Assembly: GCA_963717505.1 (NCBI GenBank) | Contig: OY970342.1 | Span: 512,001 to 576,000, forward strand | Direction: 5' to 3' | From: Candidatus Eiseniibacteriota bacterium | GTDB taxonomy: Bacteria; Eisenbacteria; RBG-16-71-46 | DNA length: 64,000 nt | Shown: piece after piece, positions 41,421 through 49,476 of the stretch | How positions within the stretch are numbered: the stretch's first letter is position 1 | Layout: every line of letters begins with the position of its first letter | Position numbers and translations under genes: made by a program | The notes under the pieces: model-generated | What the model saw: only the letters and a program-made list of their open reading frames with translations | What the model was told of the DNA's origin: nothing | Database searches by the model: none

Positions 41421-41731
41421 GCCCACCCCACCTGGATCTCGTCGCCTGCGATGCGGACCGTGTAGGTCGGCACCGGTGCGGTCGCCGGCAGCCGCAACGG
41501 CTCGCCGGTCCGGATGTCGAAACGCGCCCCGTGGCGCGGACACTCGATCACGTCGCCCTCGATCGTCCCCTCGGCCAGCGGACCGCCGTCGTGGGTGCAC
41601 AGGTCGTCCATCGCGTAGTAGCCGCCGTCGATATGAAACACCGCCACCGGCTGGTCGTCCAGTCGCACCACTTTGACTCCGCCCTCGGGAATCTCGCCGA
41701 CCCGCGCCACGGTCACGAATCCGTCGCTCAC
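41417..41731 (-). CDS. Rieske [2Fe-2S] ferredoxin
   Basis: 'CTHD...L..G...IECPRHGARFD..TG' Rieske motifs; overlaps neighbours by 4 nt. Confidence 0.92.
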   Translation of the reverse strand: MSDGFVTVARVGEIPEGGVKVVRLDDQPVAVFHIDGGYYAMDDLCTHDGGPLAEGTIEGDVIECPRHGARFDIRTGEPLRLPATAPVPTYTVRIAGDEIQVGWA

Positions 41732-42135
41732 TCCTCCCCCTCCTCGCCCGGCCAGCGGGTCATTCCATAGAGGCCGGCCTTCATGGTCTTGAGCGCCAGC
41801 AGCGCGCATTTGAGCCGCACCGGCCCGAGTTCGATGCCGAGCATGTCGAGCACATCGTCGCGGGTGAGCCGGCGGGCGTCCTCGAGCGACTCGCCTTCGA
41901 TCCGCTCGCACAGCATCGACGCCGAGGCCTGGCTGATCGAGCATCCCTGTCCACTGAAGCGCACCTCGTCGATCCGGCCCTCGCGAATCCGGAAGTCCAT
42001 GCGCAGGCGGTCGCCGCACAGCGGGTTTGCGTCTTCGTAGGTAACGTCGGCGGGCTCGAGCGTGCCGCGGCAACGGGGATTCCGGTAGTGATCGAGGATG
42101 TTTTCGCGGAACAGGTCTTCCGCGCCCGACGTCAC
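41728..42135 (-). CDS. sufU: SUF system NifU-like protein SufU
   Basis: 'ILDHYRNP', 'NPLCGD', 'GCSISQASAS', 'RLKCALL'. Confidence 0.9.
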   Translation of the reverse strand: MTSGAEDLFRENILDHYRNPRCRGTLEPADVTYEDANPLCGDRLRMDFRIREGRIDEVRFSGQGCSISQASASMLCERIEGESLEDARRLTRDDVLDMLGIELGPVRLKCALLALKTMKAGLYGMTRWPGEEGEE

Positions 42136-43403
42136 GCGAACACCTTGCGGGCGCGCTCGAGCCCCGCGATCAGCGCGTCGACGTCGGCCCGCGTGCTGTA
42201 GCAATGGAACGACGCGCGCGCCGACGCCGGAATGCCGAGTCGCGTATGGAGCGGCATGGCGCAGTGGTGCCCGGCGCGCACCGCCACGTTCGAAGCATCG
42301 AGTACGGTCGCGACGTCGTGGGCGTGGATCGTTCCCAGCGTGAATGCGACCGCCGCCCCGCGCTGATCCGGACCGGGTCCCAGGATCCGCAGTTCGGGCA
42401 CTTCGGCCAGACGCGCCATCGCGTAGGCGACCAGATCGCGATCGTGCGCCCAGATTGCGTCCATGCCCAGACTCTCGAGGAAGTCGACTGCAGCGCCGAG
42501 ACCGATGGCTTCGGCGATCGGCATGGTGCCGGCTTCGAACTTCCACGGCACTTCGTTCCATTGGGAGCCGGCCAGCGTGACCTCACGGATCATCTCGCCG
42601 CCGCCCATGAACGGCGGCATGGCTTCGAGCAGCGCGCGCCGCGCCCACAGCGCGCCGATCCCGGTCGGCCCGAGCATCTTGTGGCCGGTGAACGCGACGA
42701 AGTCCGCGCCCAGCGCACGCACGTCCATCGGCAGGTGGGGCACGCTCTGCGCGGCGTCGACCACGATCACGGCGCCGGCCGCGTGCGCACGCGCCGCGAT
42801 CTCGGAAATCGGGTTCACCGTCCCGAGCACGTTCGAGATGTGCGTGGTACCGACCAGCTTCACGCGGCCATCGGCGAGCAACCGGTCCATCGCGTCCAGA
42901 TCGAGGAAACCCTGGTCGGTCACCGGCACGTAGCGCAGCTCGACCCCGCGCTCGGCCGCCAGGATGTGCCAAGGCACCAGGTTCGCATGGTGCTCCATCT
43001 CGGTGAGCAGCACCGCGTCACCGGACCTCAGGTGTGTGCGGCCCCACGAATGCGCCACCAGGTTGATCGCCTCGGTGGCGTTGCGGGTGAACACGACTTC
43101 GGCGGGCGAGGCGGCACCGATGAAGTCGGCGACCCGCCGCCGGGCGTCTTCGTAGCGCGCCGTCGCCTCCTCGGCGATCCGGTAGACGCCACGATGGATG
43201 TTGGCGTTGCAGGTCCGGTAGTAGCGATCCATCGCGTCGAGCACCACGTCCGGCTTCTGCGAGGTGGCCGCACTATCGAGGTAGATGAGCGGCGCATCGG
43301 GTGCATTCAGGATCGGAAAGCGCGCGCGGATCGCCAGCGGATCGAAGGCGGCGGTTCGTTCCGCGGCGTCCGGCCGGGCGGGCGTCAGGGGGACGGTCGT
43401 CAT
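42132..43403 (-). CDS. sufS: Cysteine desulfurase SufS
   Basis: 'YLDSAATSQKP', 'EHHAN', 'DAAQS', 'GHKMLGPTGIG', 'RAGHHCA'. Confidence 0.95.
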   Translation of the reverse strand: MTTVPLTPARPDAAERTAAFDPLAIRARFPILNAPDAPLIYLDSAATSQKPDVVLDAMDRYYRTCNANIHRGVYRIAEEATARYEDARRRVADFIGAASPAEVVFTRNATEAINLVAHSWGRTHLRSGDAVLLTEMEHHANLVPWHILAAERGVELRYVPVTDQGFLDLDAMDRLLADGRVKLVGTTHISNVLGTVNPISEIAARAHAAGAVIVVDAAQSVPHLPMDVRALGADFVAFTGHKMLGPTGIGALWARRALLEAMPPFMGGGEMIREVTLAGSQWNEVPWKFEAGTMPIAEAIGLGAAVDFLESLGMDAIWAHDRDLVAYAMARLAEVPELRILGPGPDQRGAAVAFTLGTIHAHDVATVLDASNVAVRAGHHCAMPLHTRLGIPASARASFHCYSTRADVDALIAGLERARKVFA

Positions 43404-43452
43404 GTCGTTGCGGGCGGCCGATGGGCCGCGCCCCGCGGGCGCGGCCACCCGT

Positions 43453-44796
43453 CTATCCGATCTTGCGCTCGATCTCGGCACGCAGGTGCTCGCGGACGTC
43501 GTCGAGCGGAATGCGGTCGAGCACCGGCGCGAAAAAGCCTTCGACGATCAATCGCTGGGCGTCCGAGCGCTGCAGCCCGCGGGACATCAGGTAGTAGAGC
43601 TGCTCGTCGTCGACATTGCCGATCGTCGCCCCGTGCGTGCAGCGGACGTCGTTGGCCAGGATCTCGAGGCCCGGAATGCTGTCGGCGCGCGCGGTGTCGG
43701 ACAAGAGCAGGTTGCGGTTGGCCTGGTACGCGTCGGTGCGCTGGGCACCCTCGCTGACCTGGATCAACCCCTGGTAGATGCTGCGCGCGCGATCCTTGAG
43801 GCAACCCTTGATCAGCAGGTCACTGGTCGTGTTCTCGACCAGATGCCGCTGCAGCGTGTGCAGGTGGAAGTGCTGGCGCTGGTCGCCGAACATGAAACCG
43901 TGGACGTACGCCCGAGCCCCCGGGCCCGCCAGATCGAAGTACGCGTTGACTTTGGCCATCCGTGAGCCGAGCAGCGTCTGGATCCACTGCAGCTCGGCGT
44001 CGCGGCCGATCCGCACCCGCTGGTTGGCGTAGTGGTAGACGTTGCGGCCCCAGTCCTGGAGCGAGCCATAGATCAGCTTCGAATCGTCACCGAGGAAGAC
44101 CTCGACACCGCCGGCGTGGAACGCGATGCCCGCGGCGGTTGCCGACCACTGTTCCTCGACCACCACCGCGCGCGCGCCACGGCCGAGCACCACCACCGAA
44201 CGGGGCGCCGCCAGCACGCCCGGCCGCGTCATGTAGTGGACGATGCGGATCGGCTCGGGAGCCTCGACGCCATCGGGCACATAGACGAAGGCGCCACCGG
44301 TGCGCAGGGCCGCGCCGAGTGCCGCGTACCAGTCGAAGTCGTCGGCGAGCAGGCTGCCATAGGCCGCCCGCACCCGGTCTGGATGCTCGCGCCATGCTCG
44401 CTCGAGCGAGCTGACCACGACGCCGCGGCTGGCGAGCGCCTCGGAGCTGCGCTCCGCGGCGACGCCGCCGTCGATCTGGACCACGATGTTGGCGCACAGG
44501 GCGTCCTCGCCCAGGCGAGCGACCAGCTCGGCCGGTAGGTCCTCGAACGTCGGCGCGGGACGGGGCGTGACGAATGGATCGAGTCCGGGAATCGCCTGCT
44601 GCAGGGTGCCGAAGTCGGTTCGGCGCCACAGCTCGTGCTCGCGCCGCGGGAACTCGAGGCCCTTCAGCGTTTCCGCCGCGGCGCGGCGGCGCTCCGCGGC
44701 CCACCCGCTCTCGCCACGGGCCGAGGCCTCGCGGGCCGCCCGGTTAGCCCACGCCACATCGAATCCGGTGTTCGGCGCCAGCTCGGTCGTCGTCAT
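43453..44796 (-). CDS. sufD: Fe-S cluster assembly protein SufD
   Basis: 'ELWRRTD', '[38 protein letters not shown]', 'YYLMSRG'. Confidence 0.92.
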   Translation of the reverse strand: MTTTELAPNTGFDVAWANRAAREASARGESGWAAERRRAAAETLKGLEFPRREHELWRRTDFGTLQQAIPGLDPFVTPRPAPTFEDLPAELVARLGEDALCANIVVQIDGGVAAERSSEALASRGVVVSSLERAWREHPDRVRAAYGSLLADDFDWYAALGAALRTGGAFVYVPDGVEAPEPIRIVHYMTRPGVLAAPRSVVVLGRGARAVVVEEQWSATAAGIAFHAGGVEVFLGDDSKLIYGSLQDWGRNVYHYANQRVRIGRDAELQWIQTLLGSRMAKVNAYFDLAGPGARAYVHGFMFGDQRQHFHLHTLQRHLVENTTSDLLIKGCLKDRARSIYQGLIQVSEGAQRTDAYQANRNLLLSDTARADSIPGLEILANDVRCTHGATIGNVDDEQLYYLMSRGLQRSDAQRLIVEGFFAPVLDRIPLDDVREHLRAEIERKIG

Positions 44797-46211
44797 CCGA
44801 CCGAGCCTTCCATCTGGAGCTGGATCAGGCGGTTCATCTCGACCGCGTACTCCATCGGCAGCTCCTTGACGATCGGCTCGATGAAGCCCGAGACGATCAT
44901 CGCCGCCGCTTCTTCCTTGCCGATGCCGCGGCTCTGCAGATAGAAGAGCTGCTCGTCGCCGATCTTGGAGACCGTGGCCTCGTGGCCGATCGTGACGCGA
45001 TCCTCCTCGATCTCCATGTACGGATAGGTGTCGGAGCGCGACGCCTCGTCGAGGATCAGCGCGTCGCAGTTGACGGTGCTCTTGCGAGTCGACCGCGCCC
45101 TTCTGCACCTTGATCAGCCCGCGGTAGCCGGCCCGGCCGCCGTCCTTGCTGATCGACTTGGAGATGATCTTGCTGGTGGTGTGCGGCGCGCAGTGGATGA
45201 CCTTGCCGCCCGCATCCTGGTGCTGGCCCTTGCCGGCGAACGCGATCGACAGGATCTCGCCATGCGCGCCCGGCTCCATCAGGTAGACGCTCGGGTACTT
45301 CTGGTGATCTTGGAGCCGAGATTTCCGTCGACCCACTCCATCGTGGCGTTGCGCGTAGGCGACCGCGCGCTTGGTCACCAGGTTGTAGACGTTGTTCGAC
45401 CAGTTCTGGATGGTCGTGTAGCGGCAGCGGCGCGCCGCGCTTGACGATGATCTCGACCACCGCCGAGTGCAGCGAGTCGCTCGAGTAGATCGGCGCCGTG
45501 CAGCCCTCGACGTAGTGCACGTACGCGCCCTCGTCGACGATGATCAGCGTGCGCTCGAACTGCCCCATGTTCTTGGTGTTGATGCGGAAGTAGGCCTGCA
45601 GCGGGACGTCGACGTGCACGCCCTTGGGCACGTAGATGAACGAGCCGCCCGACCACACCGCCGAGTTGAGCGCCGCGAACTTGTTGTCGGTCGACGGGAT
45701 GATGGTGCCGAAGTACTCGCGGAACAGATCCTCGTGGTCGCGCAGGCCGTGGTCGGCCGAGAGGAAGATGACGCCCTGCTTCTCGAGATGCTCCTTGATC
45801 TTGTGGTAGACGACCTCGGAGTCGTACTGGGCGCCGACGCCGGACAGGAACTTCTGCTCGGCCTCGGGAATCCCGAGCTTGTCGAACGTGCGCTTCATGT
45901 CGGCCGGCACGTCCTCCCAGGTCTTGGCCTCGGTCGTCGGTCGGCTTGACGTAGTAGAAGATGTTCTGGAAGTCGATGGTCGACAGATCCGGACCCCAGG
46001 TCGGCATCGGCTTCTTGTCGAAGATCTCGAGCGCCTTGAGCCGGAAGTCGCGCATCCACTTGGGCTCGCCCTTCATGTCCGAGATCTGGGCGACGATGTC
46101 GCGGTTCAGTCCGCGGAGCGCCTTGAACACCGGCTTCTCGTCGTCGTGGAAGCCGTACTTCTCCGCGTAGCCATCACGCATGTCGAGATTGGGAGTTTCG
46201 GTCGTGCTCAT
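44793..46211 (-). pseudogene. sufB: Fe-S cluster assembly protein SufB, frameshifted as assembled (probably artefactual)
   Basis: Pieces in different frames: 'YGFHD', '[24 protein letters not shown]', 'GQFERTLI', 'EGCTAP', 'HEATVSKI', 'ELPMEYAVE', 'MEGSVG'. Confidence 0.92.
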
Positions 46212-47013
46212 TGGGCCGCCACCTCCTTGCCCTCGCGCACCCAGTCGTATCCGCGCTTCTCCAGCTCGAGCGCCAGCTCCGGGCCGCCGGAGCGCACGAT
46301 ACGACCGTCCACGATCACGTGGACATGGTGCGGCTTGATGTAGTTGAGGATGCGCTGGTAGTGCGTGATCACCAGCACGCCCACGTTCGGGCCCGGCCAG
46401 CGCGTTGACGCCGTCCGACACGATGCGCAGCGCGTCGATGTCGAGCCCGGAGTCGGTCTCGTCCATGATCGCGATCTCGGGCTTGAGCATCGCCATCTGG
46501 AGGATCTCGGCGCGCTTCTTCTCGCCGCCCGAGAAACCGTCGTTCAGGTAGCGGCTGGCGAACGAGTCGTCCATCTTGAGCAGCGCCATCTTCTCGCGGA
46601 GCAGGGTGCGGAACTCCTTGAGCGGGATGCCCTTGTGCTTGGGCATTGCACCGCTGCCGTTGGTCTCCGCCGGTACCAGGCGCGCGTTGAGCGCGGTGCG
46701 CAGGAAGTTGGCGACCGAGAGCCCGGGGATCGCGACCGGGTACTGGAACGCCATGAACAGGCCCTCGCGCGAGCGCTCGTCGGGCTCCATCTCGAGAATG
46801 CTCTCGCCCTTGAAGCAGGATGTCGCCCGCGGTGACCTCGTAGCGCGGATGACCCATGAGCGTGTTGGCGAACGTGCTCTTGCCCGAGCCGTTCGGCCCC
46901 ATGAGAGCGTGAATCTCGCCCTTGCGCACCTCGAGCGAGAGGCCCTTCAGGATCTCCTTGCCCTCCACCGAGACGTGAAGGTTGTCGACGATCAGTTCCG
47001 GCGTGTGGCTCAT
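46208..47013 (-). pseudogene. sufC: Fe-S cluster assembly ATPase SufC, frameshifted as assembled (probably artefactual)
   Basis: Walker A 'GPNGSGKST', 'AFQYP', 'FSGGEKKR', '[12 protein letters not shown]'; frame changes near 46810 and 46390. Confidence 0.92.
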
Positions 47014-47074
47014 GGGGCTGCTTCTATCTCCCTGCGTGGCCGAACCGCTGGGGCCGGCACGCGCTGGTGGTCGA

Positions 47075-47439
47075 TTAGGCGGAGAAGCTTTCTCCGCACG
47101 CGCAGTTGTGGCGAACGTTCGGGTTGTTGAACTTGAAGCCCGAGCCCATCAGCCCGGTCGACGAAATCGATCTCGGTGCCGGCCGAGCAGCGCCATGCTG
47201 CGGGTGTCGACCACCAGCTGGACGCCGTTGCTGTCGAACGCTTCGTCGCCCGGCTCGGGGCCGGCGCAGAACTCCATGAAGTAGGAATTGCCCGAACAAC
47301 CGCCGCCGCGGACGCCGATGCGCAGGCCCTGCGTGGTTTCGCCCCGCTGCTGGATCAGCTCTTTGACCTTCTCGGCGGCCAACGCACTCAACGAAACACC
47401 CGTGCGCACTGGATTCTGATTCATGATCGGGAGATTCAT
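47075..47439 (-). pseudogene. iscA: HesB/IscA/ErpA A-type Fe-S carrier, frameshifted as assembled (probably artefactual)
   Basis: 'LRIGVRGGGCSG' and 'GFKFNNPN...CACGESF' lie in different frames. Confidence 0.85.
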
Positions 47440-47505
47440 GGGTTGCTTCGGACCTCCTGAGTTGCCGCGCTCCCGGCACGGTGCCGGATCACGCGGGTCT
47501 TCGGA

Positions 47506-48051
47506 CTATCGAACATCCTCGACACGCACGACCGCCGGCCGCGTCGGGACACCGAGCCGCGGTGCGGCGGTGATCCCGGCCACGAGCGCCGGTTCCTCGA
47601 GCATGCCGTGGTCTTGCGTACAATGAGCGCAGCCACCGACCGCCGCGGGTGTCGCGCACTCGCGGCACGTTTCCAGATAGGCGAGCCCTTCGAGCAGCTC
47701 ACGCTCGAGCTGCTGGTGCCGATCGATGGCCGCGCGCGTCTCGTCGAGCTTGCGCTCGAACAAGGTTCGCAGCTCACCCATCGCCCCCGGCCCCCGCTCG
47801 GCGGACCACCACGACCGCAACACCTCGCGCATCTCCTGGAGGGAGAAACCGAGGCCGTGCAGCAGGTCGATCCAGCGAACCCGCTCGATCGCCGACTCCT
47901 CGAAGAGCCGGAAGCCGCCGCTCGAGCGCGTGGCCGGTTTGAGCAGACCCAACTCTTCGTAGAGGTGAATCGCCCGTACCGACTTTCCGGTTTGCCGGGC
48001 GAGGTCCCCCACGCGGAGGAGGTGCTCTCGGGTCGAAGTCATCGTCGCCAT
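47506..48051 (-). CDS. MerR-family transcriptional regulator with C-terminal 4-Cys motif
   Basis: 'VGDLARQTGKSVRAIHLYEELGLLKP..RSSGGFRLF', 'LGFSLQEM'; C-terminal 'CREC-x7-CAHC'; first gene of the suf cluster. Confidence 0.9.
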   Translation of the reverse strand: MATMTSTREHLLRVGDLARQTGKSVRAIHLYEELGLLKPATRSSGGFRLFEESAIERVRWIDLLHGLGFSLQEMREVLRSWWSAERGPGAMGELRTLFERKLDETRAAIDRHQQLERELLEGLAYLETCRECATPAAVGGCAHCTQDHGMLEEPALVAGITAAPRLGVPTRPAVVRVEDVR

Positions 48052-48059
48052 GGAACCTT

Positions 48060-48081
48060 ACCTGTACGTTAGATTACAGGT
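48060..48081. promoter_or_regulatory. Inverted repeat ACCTGTA-N8-TACAGGT, candidate MerR operator
   Basis: Perfect 7-bp arms (48060-48066 and 48075-48081), 8 bp upstream of the merR start codon. Confidence 0.65.
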
Positions 48082-48083
48082 GG

Positions 48084-48112
48084 AAACTACCGCTTCCATA
48101 TGTATTTGGCAA
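48084..48112 (-). promoter_or_regulatory. Putative sigma70 promoter of the merR-suf operon, TTGCCA-17 bp-TAGTTT
   Basis: Minus-strand TTGCCA (48112-48107), 17-bp spacer, TAGTTT (48089-48084) in an AT-rich patch. Confidence 0.55.
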
Positions 48113-48156
48113 CGGCCACAAGGTCGCGGATCTTGACCCGGGCCTGACAGACGATC

Positions 48157-48621
48157 TTGTCGGGGCGGACCCGGCAGGTCCGAAAACACCGGACCGGGTC
48201 GCCCTGCCAGGGGAGTATCAACGAGCCGCTTTGGAGCATGCTCCCTCCCACGGCCTTTTCGAGCCGCCTCTTGCGCTATGGCTATCGACTCGAGATCGAG
48301 GGCGAATCGGGTCGTGAAGCGTTCGGCGAGGTCTGGCTCGACGTCCCGGGTTCGACCCTGCTGGCTCCGCCCCGACCGGTCATGAATCCAGCCCACCGGG
48401 AGGTTCTGGTCACGTTCGCTTTGGAACGCGAAGAAGACGTCGCCCTGGAATTGCTCGACGACGCCGGCCGGCGGAGGAGCGTGACCCGGCTGGATCGAGC
48501 GTCGGCGGGACTTCACGTCGTGAACCTGAGCGACACGGGCAACCTCGAGCCCGGGATCTACTTCATTCGAATGGCGCGGACCGGAACGGTCGCCACGACC
48601 AAGGTGTGCGTGGTTCGTTGA
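48157..48621 (+). pseudogene. Orphan C-terminal remnant of a secreted protein (FN3-like end + T9SS-like CTD)
   Basis: 'YGYRL...FGEVWLDVP...NPA...VTFAL...LELLD.AGRR...PGIYFIRM...KVCVVR'; no signal peptide and no convincing N-terminus. Confidence 0.55.
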
Positions 48622-48966
48622 CCGGGTCGGCTACCGGTCGGAGTGCGAACCGCTTCGCCGCCAGGGCGAGCAGGCCCAGCCCGGCGACTCCCGAGATCGC
48701 CTTCGCGAGCTGAGTTGAGCGCAGCACCCTCCGGAACCAGTCCATGAGTGTCCCCGCCACAGCTCGGCGTTCATGGCAAGCGTCCGCCGTGCAAACCCTG
48801 CGTTTTCGGGGCCTCCGGGAAAATTCTGGGCCATCCCACTAAAGCGCGGCCGGCCTTCGACCGATAGGGCCTGACAGGCTGTTCTTCGGCTGGCTGGCCA
48901 TACGGACCGCTCTCCCGAGCGGCGCCGGTGCGGACTCATGCCGAAAACGTTTCCCGGAGGTTCTCT

Positions 48967-49476
48967 GTGAAACTTGGGCATCGGGGCCGCTTCGGAGCGG
49001 CCATCGTGGGCGTCCTGTTCGTCGCACTGACGGCGACCGCTCACGCCACGGTTCAGGTCCGGCTGACTGCACACCGGATCCTGAAGGACGCGAAGGGTGC
49101 GGAATCGTTCCAGATCGCCGAGCAGATCAAGCCCGGCGAGTCCGTCGAGTACCGCGCGGTCTATCAGAACGACGGCGACGCCGGCGTCGACAAGCTGGTC
49201 GCGACGCTGCCGATTCCCGCCGGAACCGAGTTCATCGCAGGCACGGCGTCGCCGGCCGGCGCGCAGGCCAGCCTCGACGGCAAGACCTTCGCCCCCATGC
49301 CGCTCAAGCGCAAGGTTCGACTCAGCGACGGCCGTGAGGTCGAGCGCGAAGTGCCGACCGCCGAGTACCGCTTTCTGCGCTGGTCGCTGGGCAGTCTCGG
49401 TTCGCGCAAGGAGCAGATCGTCCGCACACGGGTTCGCGTGACCGCGCTTTCCGCCGGCACCGCGAGCGAACGGTGA
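48967..49476 (+). CDS. Exported single incomplete DUF11-like domain protein (gene A of DUF11 operon)
   Basis: GGAGG RBS at 48956-48960; signal peptide ending ATAHA; 'KPGESVEY...YQN.G...IPAGTEF...LRWSLGSL'. Confidence 0.8.
   Translation: MKLGHRGRFGAAIVGVLFVALTATAHATVQVRLTAHRILKDAKGAESFQIAEQIKPGESVEYRAVYQNDGDAGVDKLVATLPIPAGTEFIAGTASPAGAQASLDGKTFAPMPLKRKVRLSDGREVEREVPTAEYRFLRWSLGSLGSRKEQIVRTRVRVTALSAGTASER

Noticed and set aside
43453-45378. SufB-SufD fusion ORF (and SufC-SufB fusion at 45375-46790)
   Set aside because: Created by frameshifts; each gene has its own ATGA-coupled start and stop
48780-48910. c-di-GMP riboswitch upstream of the DUF11 operon (GCAAACC seen)
   Set aside because: The GNRA hairpin, GGACGCAAAG segment and second stem of the class I motif are not present
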